The notes under the pieces were generated by a model. It saw nothing but the letters and a program-made list of their open reading frames with translations, was not told where the DNA came from and searched no databases. Of a stretch of 64,000 nt of DNA, positions 1-10,337 are shown piece after piece (within the stretch, counting starts at the first letter, position 1; each line of letters starts with the position of its first letter). The translations under genes and the position numbers were made by a program. The DNA comes from Candidatus Omnitrophota bacterium. Its GTDB lineage: Bacteria; Omnitrophota; Gorgyraeia; Zapsychrales; JANLHA01. The stretch covers positions 318,331 to 382,330 of the forward strand of contig JACKFJ010000002.1 of the NCBI GenBank assembly GCA_020632535.1, in the 5' to 3' direction.

Positions 1-18
1 TTATATTTATTAATCTTT

Positions 19-1110
19 TTGGGTGTGTTTGTTCGGGTAAGCCGAATTATGGCAATTTGTGTTTTGACGGCATTGCCTTTGTTTTTTCTTATTTTGACTG
101 TTGGGTCGGGATTTCACCGCTTTGTTTTTGAGCATGTTTTTTATTTTAAATTAATACGCAACATGCATTTTTTCCTGCCTTTTTTCTTGGCGGCTATGGT
201 GTTGCTGGCAACGGAACAGTTTCGCGTTATTTTTGATAACAGAAAAGTATTAACTAGCAAATATCGAACGCTGTTTTTATTACATATTGTTGTTGTTCAT
301 GCGGGGCTTGCTATATTCTTACGGGAACAGCAAAATATTGTTTTTTCGTCATATTTGACAATAGCTTTGAGTTTCTTGTTTTGGCTTACTTTTGTTTTTC
401 AAAAGCGTTCTTATTCTTATTTACTATCCATCCTTTTGTTTTTATGCATTATGGTTCAGCCGGTGGAAGTTGTTTGGCATCATAATCAACGCGCTTTAAG
501 TCTTACAACTGTTACAAATAAAAATGTTGTTGAAGATTGTATTAAATCACCGTCGGTAAAACCGGTGTTTGCTTATGTGCGTCCGATTGCTGATCATGAA
601 GTTGGCAATGATGATACGGCACGAGCGCGTATTACTATGACTGACACGTCACGATTTTATGGCGCGGGGTTTCCTATATTTTGGTCTTATGATTTGTCGC
701 TCAAAGAGTCGTTTGATGATATACAGCAATTTACAAAATATAAGTTTTATATTTATGATAATCAGCAAAGAGCTATTTCTGTTTTGGAGCCATCGGAGCA
801 GTTTGCGGTGACGGATTTTGACACCAATTCACTTAAAATTAAAACAAATTATCTTAGTGAAAAGTTTTTGGTTTATACCGATAGCTTTCATGATGATTGG
901 AAGGCGTATGTTAATGGGCGGATTACAAAAATACATCGGGTGCATACGGCATTTAAGGGTATATCTTTGCCGGCTGGTCCTAATGAAGTGGTATTCCGTT
1001 ATTCGCCCTCGGGTGTAGTGGTGATGTCTTTTGCTGTGAGTGTGGCTTTTTTGTTTTTAGCGGTATTGATGATTTGGTTTTGGCGTAAGGAAAAATATGG
1101 CAAAGACTAA
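19..1110 (+). CDS. Polytopic membrane protein. Probably the C-terminal part of a larger YfhO/ArnT-like membrane protein, with the 5' end possibly outside the window.
   Basis: ORF track 19..1110. The frame has no stop back to base 1, so the gene may be cut by the window edge. Several hydrophobic helices fill the first ~160 aa, followed by a soluble segment and a terminal TM helix (VVVMSFAVSVAFLFLAVLMIWFW). The C-terminal pattern WKAYVNG...FKGISLPAGPNEVVFRY resembles YfhO-type C-termini by eye. Not searched. Confidence 0.4.
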   Translation: MGVFVRVSRIMAICVLTALPLFFLILTVGSGFHRFVFEHVFYFKLIRNMHFFLPFFLAAMVLLATEQFRVIFDNRKVLTSKYRTLFLLHIVVVHAGLAIFLREQQNIVFSSYLTIALSFLFWLTFVFQKRSYSYLLSILLFLCIMVQPVEVVWHHNQRALSLTTVTNKNVVEDCIKSPSVKPVFAYVRPIADHEVGNDDTARARITMTDTSRFYGAGFPIFWSYDLSLKESFDDIQQFTKYKFYIYDNQQRAISVLEPSEQFAVTDFDTNSLKIKTNYLSEKFLVYTDSFHDDWKAYVNGRITKIHRVHTAFKGISLPAGPNEVVFRYSPSGVVVMSFAVSVAFLFLAVLMIWFWRKEKYGKD

Positions 1111-2626
1111 GTTGGGGCAAAAATTAGGTCTTGTTGTCTTAGGCGTTCTTTTGGCTTTGGTGCTTTTAGAAATTGGTCTTCGGGTGGGGGAAAGACTTTA
1201 TTTGAGTATTCAGGACCATCAAAATCGATCATCGCAAAACATTCTTAAAACAAAACCGGGTCGTGTGTATCGCATTCTTTGTCTTGGGGAGTCAACAACT
1301 GCTTTTGGCGGTGAAAATTCTTATCCACGTCAATTGGCGAAAATTTTAAATGAAAAAAATGTTGGGCAGTTTATCGTGATTAATAAAGGTTTGCCAGCGA
1401 CTACCACTGACAAAATTGTTGAAAAGTTGGACAATTATCTTAAGGAATATAAGCCTGACATTGTCACGGCTATGATTGGCGTTAATGATTTGAAGACTAC
1501 GCCGGTTTTTGTTGATGGAAAGGCGCGTTATTTTGGCTTACGCTTTAAAGTTGTGAAATTATTCCAGATGCTCACACAGCATTTGCAAGCGCGTCGAGAG
1601 GAGATTAAGAATAGCGAAAAAGAACAGGCGCTTTATCGAGCGGTAGCTTTGTCTCCGGACAATTATAGGGCGCGTTTGCAGTTGGCTGAATATTATGTGG
1701 AAATCGAATCATATGATAAGGCTCAGGAGCAATTCAAGAAAGTTTTATCGTTGGCATCGGTGCCGAGTGTGTTTAAGCTCGGTGCTTTGTTTGCTTTGGC
1801 GGAATGTTATGTGAGCGCAAAAAAATATGATCAGGCCGAAGGGATTTATCAGCATTTGTTGCAGAATTTTACATCAGCAAATAATAAGGAAAAAGTTTTG
1901 TTCTACAATTTATTGATTGAGCTTTACTTGGAAGCCCAAAAACCAAGGCAAGCTATTGCGACGTTCGCTCAAAGAAATGTGCTGGATCCGACGGGAGTAG
2001 CAATGTACATGAAAATTGCGTACGCTTACCGTGAATTAAAACGTTTTGATGAGTTGGAGAACATTTTACGTCAAGGGTTGGCAGCGCATTCCTCGAATAC
2101 AAAGCATTATGTTTTTCTTTATTCGGAATTGGGTTATTGTTTGCTTGAAAATAAAAAATATAAGCAGGCGCATGATGTTTTTCAAAAGATTCTTAGTTTA
2201 AATTCTCAGGAGCAAGATGATTTTCGTGTTGATGTCAATTATGGCCTTGAATTGGCGGCAAAAGGTCTTGGCGGACAGACGATCAAAGACGCGATGATTC
2301 CGGTACACAGGGAAGAATATTATTTGCCAGCAACGATTGCCAATTACAATCAACTTAAGGACACTGTTTTAAAACGCGGTATTAAGCTGATTGCTATTCA
2401 ATATCCGATGCGACCGTTAAAACCATTGCAGGAAATTCTAAATTTTGATTCGCGGATTGTTTTTGTTGATAATGAAATGCTGTTTAAGAATAAAGTTGCC
2501 GCCTCAGAATACTCGCAATATTTTGTGGATCACTTTGGTGGCGATTTTGGTCATTGTACAGCTCAGGGCAATGCGCTTCTGGCTGGAAATTTGGCGTCGG
2601 CAATTTGGGGAGTTAGTTTTAAATGA
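1097..2626 (+). CDS. Membrane-anchored SGNH/GDSL-type hydrolase-like protein with an internal TPR-like repeat region
   Basis: N-terminal hydrophobic helix (LGLVVLGVLLALVLLEIGL). Block I-like ILCLGESTTAFGG, block III-like MIGVNDL and C-terminal DxxH-like GDFGH. The central ~200 aa look like TPR helices (AEYYVEIESYDKAQEQFKKVL, AECYVSAKKYDQAEGIYQHLL). Overlaps both neighbouring ORFs. Confidence 0.5.
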   Translation: MAKTKLGQKLGLVVLGVLLALVLLEIGLRVGERLYLSIQDHQNRSSQNILKTKPGRVYRILCLGESTTAFGGENSYPRQLAKILNEKNVGQFIVINKGLPATTTDKIVEKLDNYLKEYKPDIVTAMIGVNDLKTTPVFVDGKARYFGLRFKVVKLFQMLTQHLQARREEIKNSEKEQALYRAVALSPDNYRARLQLAEYYVEIESYDKAQEQFKKVLSLASVPSVFKLGALFALAECYVSAKKYDQAEGIYQHLLQNFTSANNKEKVLFYNLLIELYLEAQKPRQAIATFAQRNVLDPTGVAMYMKIAYAYRELKRFDELENILRQGLAAHSSNTKHYVFLYSELGYCLLENKKYKQAHDVFQKILSLNSQEQDDFRVDVNYGLELAAKGLGGQTIKDAMIPVHREEYYLPATIANYNQLKDTVLKRGIKLIAIQYPMRPLKPLQEILNFDSRIVFVDNEMLFKNKVAASEYSQYFVDHFGGDFGHCTAQGNALLAGNLASAIWGVSFK

Positions 2627-3468
2627 GAAATGTCTTTAAGCATATTTTTACAACGATGGCCATTTATTATGTACTTATCGGCGGCATTATTGTGTTGAGT
2701 TTGAATGTCGATCGGATCACAATGGCTCGTCTTAACTATTTAAAAGAATCGGCGCAGTATCCGGTTCTTTTTCTAAATAACGAGGCCGTGTTTAGTCAAA
2801 TGCAATTTCGTTATGCGCGGCATTATTATCAAACATTAATTGATGCTGTCTCACTGTATTCGAAGGATGATACTATTTTTTCAACCACGACTTTAAGTCG
2901 TGCTTATAATATGCTTGCCATTTGTGAATATTATCTTGGAAACCATAAAAATGTTGCATCGTATTTTAAGAAAGCATTGATTTTGGAGCCGAGACATTAT
3001 TGGTTGAATTATAATCTTGGGGTTATTGCTTTTGAATCTGGTGATGATTCGGCGGCGTTGACGTATTTTAAAAATTCCTTTTCGTTGACTAAAAATCAAC
3101 TTGATGAGAGTATGCATTTGGATTATTTTGAATTTTGGGAGCCGTCTTTAGGAAAAAAATTCAAGGACACGAGTACGGTTCAGTTTTATGCGATGATTAA
3201 GAACAGTTATAAATTGTCGATTTTAGCGTATGATCGTATGGGTCAGCTTGCTACGGCCAAAAAGTTGACATTGATGGTTACGGAGGCGGGAATGGGGCAG
3301 CAAGATTCTTTTTATGATTATTACAAGGGAATTAGTTCGCAAAAAGTCAGTCCTCCGGATTCGGCTTTTAAGCTAATGTTTAACCCTTCACTTTACTTTG
3401 TTCCAGTTGGTCAGGAAAGATTATTTGTTAACCGGCAGGTTTCTGAAAGATTAAATAATGCGAAATAA
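2623..3468 (+). CDS. Membrane-anchored TPR-repeat protein
   Basis: ATGA overlap with the upstream gene. N-terminal TM helix (MAIYYVLIGGIIVLSL). TPR-like segments (AICEYYLGNHKNVASYFKKALILEP, LGVIAFESGDDSAALTYFKNSF). Confidence 0.5.
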   Translation: MRNVFKHIFTTMAIYYVLIGGIIVLSLNVDRITMARLNYLKESAQYPVLFLNNEAVFSQMQFRYARHYYQTLIDAVSLYSKDDTIFSTTTLSRAYNMLAICEYYLGNHKNVASYFKKALILEPRHYWLNYNLGVIAFESGDDSAALTYFKNSFSLTKNQLDESMHLDYFEFWEPSLGKKFKDTSTVQFYAMIKNSYKLSILAYDRMGQLATAKKLTLMVTEAGMGQQDSFYDYYKGISSQKVSPPDSAFKLMFNPSLYFVPVGQERLFVNRQVSERLNNAK

Positions 3469-5611
3469 AATTTTTATTTTGATTGGCACGATTTTAGCAA
3501 TTTCCGGATGCGCAGGCTTGTCGGATGCAAAGCCGTTTTATCAGGCGCATACACAGGTTGAGTTAATCTCTCCGACGAAGAGCATTAAGCCGGGCGAGCC
3601 GTTGTTGATCGGTTTGCGTTTGAAAATGGATCCTCAGTGGCACGTGTATTGGAAAAATCCCGGTGATTCCGGCTTATCACCGACAATTGCGTGGGATCTC
3701 CCTGAAGGATTTATTGCCGGAGAAATTATTTGGCCATATCCGCAAATGATTAATGTTGTTCCTTTGCGGACGTATGGTTATGAAAACGAGGTGTTTTTGT
3801 TTTCATCGATACAAACACCTGCCAAGATAGATGTTTCTAATATTGTTATTAAAGCTAGGGTTGATTGGTTGGCATGTAAACTTGAATGCGTTCCCGGTCG
3901 TGCCCAATTGCAATTGCACTTGCCGGTGAGCAAGCAAGCGCCGGTTGTGAATCCAATATGGCAAAAAGCTTTGGATGAGAGTCGTAAAAAATGGCCATTA
4001 AATTTAGAAAACATTCATGTGGCGGCGTACGAAAACAAGGGAGAAGTGATTTTTGAGTTTTCGCCACCGTCGGTGATTAAGCCGAATTCACAGATTTATT
4101 TCTTTCCTGAGAGTTCTGAGGTTATAGAACATGCCAGTGAACAGGTTCTTGCAAAGACAGAAGATAAGCACGTGCTTACTGTTAAGAAATCACACTTAGC
4201 GACGGAATCTTTAAATTTTATTTCTGGTATTGTCGTGAATCAATTAGGATGGGAAAATGTTGATTATGCTCAAGCATTAGTGGTTAATACACATGTGGAT
4301 GTTGTTGAATCTCCGGTTTCGGGAATGACAACGGATACACAAGGCAAGAGTACTGCGGGGAATGTATCTCTGACTTTGTTGGTAGCTTGTTTTTTCGCGT
4401 TTTTAGGCGGATTGATCCTTAATTTAATGCCGTGTGTTTTGCCGGTTTTATCACTCAAAGTTTTGCATCTTATTGAACAATCACATACGCGAAGAAATTT
4501 GTTTTTAAATGGCCTTGTTTTTGGCGCAGGTGTTTTGATTTCCTTTTGGATTCTTGCGTTGGGTTTGATTGCATTGCGTTCTTTGGGCGCGAACATTGGC
4601 TGGGGATTTCAGTTCCAATCGCCGGCGTTTGTCGCCTTGATCGCGATGGTGCTTTTTGTATTCGCGCTAAATTTATTTGGGTTATTTGAGGTAGGTGTTG
4701 GCTTGACAGCATTAGGAAATGCCGCATGGGGCAAGAAAGGATATTCCGCTAGTTTTGCCGCAGGTGTTTTGGCAACCATTGTGGCAACACCGTGTACCGC
4801 GCCATTTATGGGAACAGCTTTAAGTTTTGCCTTAAGCCGGAGTTCTTGGGAAGCGTTTCTTATTTTTACATTTTTAGGTATCGGCATGGCTTTTCCCGTC
4901 GTGTTCTTGTCCTATTTTCCGAAATTATTAAAGCGAATTCCAAAGCCCGGCGCGTGGATGCTAACACTCAAGAACTTGTTAGGCTTTTCTCTTTTGCTTT
5001 CCGTGATTTGGTTAATATGGGTATTTGGTTTGCAAAAAGGGATTAATGCGGTTGCTGAATTGTTAATCGCGTTTTTATCTTTGAGTGTCGGTTTATATTT
5101 TTATGGAAAATCGCAGGTCAAAACCAAACAATCTTTTTTGATAAAGTACAATTTCTTTATTTTTATTATTCTCGGGATCATTTTGATTATGGGCGCGATA
5201 AGTCGGCCATCGTCTGTTGTGAAAAGCATTGATGGTCAAAGCGAAAATAATACGGCTTTAGCGTGGCAGGAATATTCGCCACAATTGATGCAGGAATTAA
5301 AAAATCAGGATCGGCCGATTTTTTTAGATTTTACTGCAGCGTGGTGTTTGAGCTGTCAGGTCAATGATCGTTTGGCGCTAAGCGATGCGCAAGTCATCGC
5401 GGCTTTTAAAACGTATGATATTGTCCCTGTCAAAGCGGATTGGACAAATAATGATCCGATGATTACGGCCGCTTTGCATGAATATGGCCGCAATAGTATT
5501 CCTTTATATGTCCTTTACCCCGGCAGAGGTGTTGCCCCAGTTTTTTTGCCGGAAGTGATTACACCCGGTGTGGTTTTGAATTATTTTCGTAAACACTTAG
5601 AAAGAAATTGA
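3458..5611 (+). CDS. dsbD: DsbD-family protein-disulfide reductase: N-terminal periplasmic domain, CcdA-like membrane core and C-terminal thioredoxin domain
   Basis: 717 aa. Lipoprotein-like signal (ILAISGCAG). N-domain motifs HVYWKNPGDSGLSP and WLACKLECVPG. Membrane core with LNLMPCVLPVL and ATPCTAPFMG. C-terminal thioredoxin motif FTAAWCLSCQ. Confidence 0.85.
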   Translation: MRNKIFILIGTILAISGCAGLSDAKPFYQAHTQVELISPTKSIKPGEPLLIGLRLKMDPQWHVYWKNPGDSGLSPTIAWDLPEGFIAGEIIWPYPQMINVVPLRTYGYENEVFLFSSIQTPAKIDVSNIVIKARVDWLACKLECVPGRAQLQLHLPVSKQAPVVNPIWQKALDESRKKWPLNLENIHVAAYENKGEVIFEFSPPSVIKPNSQIYFFPESSEVIEHASEQVLAKTEDKHVLTVKKSHLATESLNFISGIVVNQLGWENVDYAQALVVNTHVDVVESPVSGMTTDTQGKSTAGNVSLTLLVACFFAFLGGLILNLMPCVLPVLSLKVLHLIEQSHTRRNLFLNGLVFGAGVLISFWILALGLIALRSLGANIGWGFQFQSPAFVALIAMVLFVFALNLFGLFEVGVGLTALGNAAWGKKGYSASFAAGVLATIVATPCTAPFMGTALSFALSRSSWEAFLIFTFLGIGMAFPVVFLSYFPKLLKRIPKPGAWMLTLKNLLGFSLLLSVIWLIWVFGLQKGINAVAELLIAFLSLSVGLYFYGKSQVKTKQSFLIKYNFFIFIILGIILIMGAISRPSSVVKSIDGQSENNTALAWQEYSPQLMQELKNQDRPIFLDFTAAWCLSCQVNDRLALSDAQVIAAFKTYDIVPVKADWTNNDPMITAALHEYGRNSIPLYVLYPGRGVAPVFLPEVITPGVVLNYFRKHLERN

Positions 5612-5657
5612 TTTTTAATAAGAATCAAGCATAATGCTCAAAAAGGAGATCATGATT

Positions 5658-6269
5658 ATGAAAAGTAAAATAGTTTTGTTTATTGCAATGCTTAGTGCTG
5701 CAATGGTTTTTGTTTCTGTCGCTCATGCTCAGGTCACGGTGGGTCAAGCTGCTCCGAATTTTACGTTAACAGATTCAAACGGTGAGACTGTAGCATTGTC
5801 TAAGTATGCTGGTAAATTTGTCGTCCTCGAATGGACAAATCACGATTGCCCATTTGTTAAGAAGCACTATGACAGCAGTAATATGCAGAATTTACAAAGT
5901 GAGTATACGTCGCAAGACGTCGTCTGGTTATCAATCAATTCATCCGCCGAGGGTAAGCAGGGTCATGTGGATGGTGAGCAGGCTAATGCTTTGATTGAAG
6001 AAAAAGGTGCGTCTCCGACAGCGTATCTTTTAGATCCGCAGGGCACCGTCGGAAAATTGTACGCGGCTCAGACAACACCACATATGTATATTATCGATCC
6101 TAAAGGGATTTTGATTTATCAGGGCGCTATTGATGATAAGGCAAGTGCAGATCCAGAAGATATCGCTACATCGAAGAATTATGTTCATGATGCTCTTGCC
6201 GCGGCGATGGCCGGACAAGCAGTCACGACGGCGACGACCAAGGCGTATGGCTGCTCAGTGAAGTATTAA
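5658..6269 (+). CDS. Secreted thioredoxin-fold (redoxin/TlpA-like) protein
   Basis: AAGGAG at 5643-5648 is best spaced for the ATG at 5658. Signal peptide MKSKIVLFIAMLSAAMVFVSVAHA. Motif VVLEWTNHDCPFVKKHY is typical of single-Cys redoxin-fold proteins. Sits directly downstream of dsbD. Confidence 0.7.
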   Translation: MKSKIVLFIAMLSAAMVFVSVAHAQVTVGQAAPNFTLTDSNGETVALSKYAGKFVVLEWTNHDCPFVKKHYDSSNMQNLQSEYTSQDVVWLSINSSAEGKQGHVDGEQANALIEEKGASPTAYLLDPQGTVGKLYAAQTTPHMYIIDPKGILIYQGAIDDKASADPEDIATSKNYVHDALAAAMAGQAVTTATTKAYGCSVKY

Positions 6270-6285
6270 TTGATAAGGAGAAATT

Positions 6286-6915
6286 ATGTTTTTTAAATTT
6301 TTACCTGAAGATTTTAATTTCTTTGATCTTTTTGATAAGCAGGTTGATCGTGCGGTAGAAGCCGCAAAAACGCTTAAGGGTATTGCGAATACTCCGGGTC
6401 TGCTTGATGAAGCAGTTTTTAAGAAAATTCAAATTATTGAACATCAGGGTGATGAGGCTTCGCATGGCATCATGGAACAGCTCAATAAATCGTTTATTAC
6501 GCCTTTCGATCGTGAAGATATTCATGCATTGACCAAAGAGATCGATGATATTATTGATACCATTGATGGCCTTGTCAGTCGGATTAAGATTTATAAAATA
6601 AAAGGCGGAGATAAGCAGCTTATTCGTTTCGTGGAGCTTATTGAAGAATCGGTTTGGTCAGTTGCTTCCGCGGTGCGCGGTTTGCGTTCAATGAAGAATT
6701 CAAAATCTATTCGCGAAGCTTGTATCGAGGTTAATCGTCTTGAAAATGTTGGTGACGCTTTGCGCGACAAAGTTCTTGGTGAGCTTTTTGAAACAGCAAC
6801 GGATCCCATCACGTTGATTAAGTGGAAAGAAATATATGAAGATGCGGAAACCGTTCTTGATATTTGTGAAGATGTCGCCCATGTTGTTGAGTCCATTTTG
6901 GTGAAGCACGCTTAA
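6286..6915 (+). CDS. DUF47/PhoU-like phosphate transport regulator-related protein
   Basis: 209 aa helical protein immediately upstream of a PiT transporter (the classic DUF47-PiT pair). Begins FLPEDFNFFDLFDKQ and contains EHQGDE and FDREDIH segments typical of the family, judged by eye. Confidence 0.75.
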   Translation: MFFKFLPEDFNFFDLFDKQVDRAVEAAKTLKGIANTPGLLDEAVFKKIQIIEHQGDEASHGIMEQLNKSFITPFDREDIHALTKEIDDIIDTIDGLVSRIKIYKIKGGDKQLIRFVELIEESVWSVASAVRGLRSMKNSKSIREACIEVNRLENVGDALRDKVLGELFETATDPITLIKWKEIYEDAETVLDICEDVAHVVESILVKHA

Positions 6916-6917
6916 TT

Positions 6918-7913
6918 ATGACAGAAAGTATTATTTTCCTTGTTGCCCTTGCCCTGCTGTTTGATTTTCTAAATGGCTTTCACGATTCCGCAAATTCAAT
7001 TGCTACAATTGTTTCCACTCGCGTTCTTTCGCCACGTTATGCCGTAGCTTGGGCCGCTTTTTTTAATTTTGCCGCATATTTTTTCTTTGGACATCATGTC
7101 GCGAATACTATTGGAAAAGGTATTATTGATATTGAAGTCATTGATCAAGCTATTATTTTTGGCACTTTGATTGGCGCTTGTGGATGGAATATTATTACTT
7201 GGTATTTTGGTTTGCCGACAAGTTCTTCGCATGCTTTAATTGGCGGCATGATTGGTGCCGCATTGGTTAAGGCTGGGCCGGGAGCTTTAGTTACAAAAGG
7301 AATTGCAAAAACAGTGGCTTTTATTTTTGTTTCACCATTTGTCGGGCTTTTTCTGGGACTTTTCTTTGGCATTCTCGTCCATTGGATTTTTCGTAAAAGT
7401 GTGCCCATAAAGGTGGAACATCTTTTTCGCAAAGGTCAGCTGGTTTCTGCCGCATTTTACAGTATGGGACACGGAGGAAATGACGCACAAAAAACAATGG
7501 GGATTATCGCGAGTCTTTTGTTTAGTGCCGGATTGTTGGGTGAAAAATTTTATATTCCCGCATGGGTTGTTTTTGTTTGTTATACCGCTATTTCTTTGGG
7601 AACGATGTTTGGTGGATGGCGTATTGTTAAGACCATGGGACAAAAGGTTGCAAAGTTGCGTCCTGTTGACGGTTTTTGCGCGGAATCGGGAGCGGCTGTG
7701 ACTTTGTTTATGTCATCTGCAATGGGTATTCCTGTAAGTACGACGCACACTATTACCGGTGCTATTATGGGGGTCGGATCTTTAAAGCGATTGAGTGCTG
7801 TTCGTTGGGGTGTTGCCGGTCGAATTGTTTGGGCATGGATTATTACAATTCCATGCGCTGCTGCGATCTCGGCTCTGGCTTATGTTGTGGGTCGCAATAT
7901 TTTTCTTCATTAA
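6918..7913 (+). CDS. pit: Inorganic phosphate transporter, PiT family
   Basis: 331 aa polytopic protein. PiT signatures FDFLNGFHDSANSIAT and HGGNDAQKTMG, plus the second-half repeat PVSTTHTITGAIMGVG. Confidence 0.9.
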   Translation: MTESIIFLVALALLFDFLNGFHDSANSIATIVSTRVLSPRYAVAWAAFFNFAAYFFFGHHVANTIGKGIIDIEVIDQAIIFGTLIGACGWNIITWYFGLPTSSSHALIGGMIGAALVKAGPGALVTKGIAKTVAFIFVSPFVGLFLGLFFGILVHWIFRKSVPIKVEHLFRKGQLVSAAFYSMGHGGNDAQKTMGIIASLLFSAGLLGEKFYIPAWVVFVCYTAISLGTMFGGWRIVKTMGQKVAKLRPVDGFCAESGAAVTLFMSSAMGIPVSTTHTITGAIMGVGSLKRLSAVRWGVAGRIVWAWIITIPCAAAISALAYVVGRNIFLH

Positions 7914-7965
7914 ACTATACCTACCAAAGCTTTAAGCGTCGATTTTAAAAACCAAGAAAATATTC

Positions 7966-7994
7966 TTGACAAATTTTTGTATTAATTGTATTCT
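7966..7994 (+). promoter_or_regulatory. Sigma70-like promoter upstream of the Rrf2/sulfate operon
   Basis: TTGACA (7966-7971), 17 nt spacer, TATTCT (7989-7994), in the 109-nt gap before the Rrf2 gene. Confidence 0.5.
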
Positions 7995-8022
7995 CTACTA
8001 AATCCATAGGGATTATAGATAT

Positions 8023-8478
8023 ATGATTTCGAAAAAAACAAAATACGGATTACACGCTTTGATTTATTTGGCCAATCACTATGATGGTGGTTCGGTGCTG
8101 ATTTCTGATTTAGCAAGGGAAGAGCGTATTCCTAAAAAGTTTTTGGAAGCAATTTTGCTGGATCTCAAAAAGCAAGGGTTATTGGAAAGTAAAAAAGGCA
8201 AAGGTGGCGGATATTCCCTTTCTAAGCACCCATCAGACATAAAAGTGGGTCAAATTGTAAGGATACTTGACGGAACATTGGCTCCAGTGGCGTGTGTAAG
8301 CCAGACTGCTTATCGTAAATGTGATGAATGTCGTGATGAAAATTGTTGTGGCATACGCATTGTTATGAAAGAGGTCAGAGATGCTATTGCAAATATTTTA
8401 GATAAAACAAGTTTAGAAGATGTTATTCAAAAAACTGAAAGCAAAAATTTAGCAATGAATTTGAATTATCACATTTGA
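8023..8478 (+). CDS. Rrf2-family transcriptional regulator (IscR/CymR-like) with a Cys cluster
   Basis: N-terminal wHTH ([13 protein letters not shown]...[40 protein letters not shown]). Cysteines at ACVS, CDEC and NCCG could ligate an Fe-S cluster. Confidence 0.9.
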   Translation: MISKKTKYGLHALIYLANHYDGGSVLISDLAREERIPKKFLEAILLDLKKQGLLESKKGKGGGYSLSKHPSDIKVGQIVRILDGTLAPVACVSQTAYRKCDECRDENCCGIRIVMKEVRDAIANILDKTSLEDVIQKTESKNLAMNLNYHI

Positions 8479-9503
8479 ACAAAGGGTTGATGGGAAAAAT
8501 GCGTAAAGTATTATTTATTATTTTGGCAGGATTTATTTGGGGAGTAAGTGTTTCAGACATTTATGCGGCAAAGAAAATCACGTTGTTAAATGTTTCATAT
8601 GACCCGACGCGCGAATTGTACGAAGAATACAACAAAATATTCATTAAGCATTGGCAGAAAAAGACTGGCGAAGCGGTTGAAATTTATCAATCACATGGTG
8701 GATCCGGAAAGCAGGCGCGTGGTGTTATTGATGGTTTGGACGCGGATATTGTCACTCTTGCATTGGCGTATGATATTGATTCTATTGCTGAAAGATCTGG
8801 ATTGATTGCAGCAAATTGGCAACAACGTTTACCGCAAAAAAGCGCTCCATACACGTCAACGATTGTTCTTTTGGTTCGCAAAGGAAATCCTAAAAATATC
8901 AAAGATTGGGATGATTTGGCTAAACCCGGCATTTTGGTTGTTACCCCAAATCCTAAAACATCGGGTGGTGCGCGTTGGAATTATTTGGCTGCGTGGGGGT
9001 ATGCTCTTTATAAGTGGAATAATGATCAAGCTAAGGCGCAGGAATTTTTAAAAGCGATTTATAAGAATGTGGCGGTTTTAGATTCAGGCGCGCGCGGATC
9101 TACGACGACATTCGTTGAGCGCGGGATCGGTGATGTTCTTATTTCATGGGAAAATGAAGCGTATTTGGCGGTCAAAGAATTGGGTTTGGATAAGCTTGAA
9201 ATTATTATTCCTTCTGTGACCATTTTGGCGGAGCCTCCCGTCGCTGCTGTTGATCGCAATGTCAGCCGTCATGGGACAATTCAGGTCGTTGATGAATATT
9301 TGCGCTATCTTTATTCTGAAGAAGGACAGGAAATCGCGGCCAAGAATTATTATCGTCCGCGTTCCGAAACCGTTGCCAAACGTTATCAAGATCAATTCAA
9401 GCCGGTTAAATTGTTTACAATTGATGAGATTTTTGGTGGCTGGCAAAAGGCACAAAAAACACATTTCGCAGACAAAGGTACGTTCGACCAAATTTACCAA
9501 TGA
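8475..9503 (+). CDS. sbp: Sulfate/thiosulfate ABC transporter substrate-binding protein
   Basis: Signal peptide, then the sulfate-binding family look ([58 protein letters not shown]). The true start may be the ATG at 8490 or 8499. Confidence 0.9.
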   Translation: MNKGLMGKMRKVLFIILAGFIWGVSVSDIYAAKKITLLNVSYDPTRELYEEYNKIFIKHWQKKTGEAVEIYQSHGGSGKQARGVIDGLDADIVTLALAYDIDSIAERSGLIAANWQQRLPQKSAPYTSTIVLLVRKGNPKNIKDWDDLAKPGILVVTPNPKTSGGARWNYLAAWGYALYKWNNDQAKAQEFLKAIYKNVAVLDSGARGSTTTFVERGIGDVLISWENEAYLAVKELGLDKLEIIIPSVTILAEPPVAAVDRNVSRHGTIQVVDEYLRYLYSEEGQEIAAKNYYRPRSETVAKRYQDQFKPVKLFTIDEIFGGWQKAQKTHFADKGTFDQIYQ

Positions 9504-10336
9504 TCAAATTACTTAAAACAAAATCCACGCTTCCGGGTTTTCATATCGCGTTCGGGTATACGATTTTTTATTTGGGGCTGATTGTCTTGATTCCATTGTC
9601 GATGCTTTTTGCAAAAACATCCACGATGGGGTTTGGAGAATTCTGGAGTGTTGTCACTCATCCTCGAACATTGGCAGCGTTACGGTTGAGTTTTGGCGCT
9701 AGCTTGATTGCGGGGTTGATCAATGTTGTTTTTGGATTTTTGATTGCTTGGGTTTTGGCGAGGTATCGTTTTCCGGGTAAAAAGATTGTTGATGCTTTTG
9801 TTGACTTTCCTTTCGCGTTGCCGACGGCAGTAACTGGTATAGCTTTGACGGCTCTTTATTCACAAAACGGCTGGATCGGAAAGCACCTTTATGCTTTGGG
9901 CATTGAATCCGCTTACAGTCCGTTGGGAATTACATTGGCTTTGATTTTTATTGGTTTACCGTTTGTTGTTCGTACTGTTGAGCCGGTTTTGCAGGAACTC
10001 GATGTTGAATTGGAAGACGCGGCGGCAAGTTTGGGTGCAAATCGCTGGCAAACGTTTACGAAAGTACTTTTTCCCAACGTGGTCCCTGCGCTTATTACGG
10101 GTTTTACTCTTGCTTTCGCGCGCGCGATTGGTGAATATGGTTCAGTTATTTTTATTGCTGGGAACATGCCGGGGAAAACAGAAATTGCTCCGCTTTTGAT
10201 TATGACAAAGCTTGAGCAGTATGATTATTCCGGCGCGGCTGCGATCGCGGTGGTTATGTTGATAGTTTCTTTCACGCTTTTATCCGCGACGAATTTCTTG
10301 CAGTGGTTTTTTTCAAAGAAAATAGGAATGAATTGA
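9500..10336 (+). CDS. cysT: Sulfate ABC transporter permease CysT
   Basis: ATGA overlap with sbp. Polytopic. EAA-loop region [22 protein letters not shown]. Confidence 0.9.
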   Translation: MIKLLKTKSTLPGFHIAFGYTIFYLGLIVLIPLSMLFAKTSTMGFGEFWSVVTHPRTLAALRLSFGASLIAGLINVVFGFLIAWVLARYRFPGKKIVDAFVDFPFALPTAVTGIALTALYSQNGWIGKHLYALGIESAYSPLGITLALIFIGLPFVVRTVEPVLQELDVELEDAAASLGANRWQTFTKVLFPNVVPALITGFTLAFARAIGEYGSVIFIAGNMPGKTEIAPLLIMTKLEQYDYSGAAAIAVVMLIVSFTLLSATNFLQWFFSKKIGMN

Positions 10337-10337
10337 T

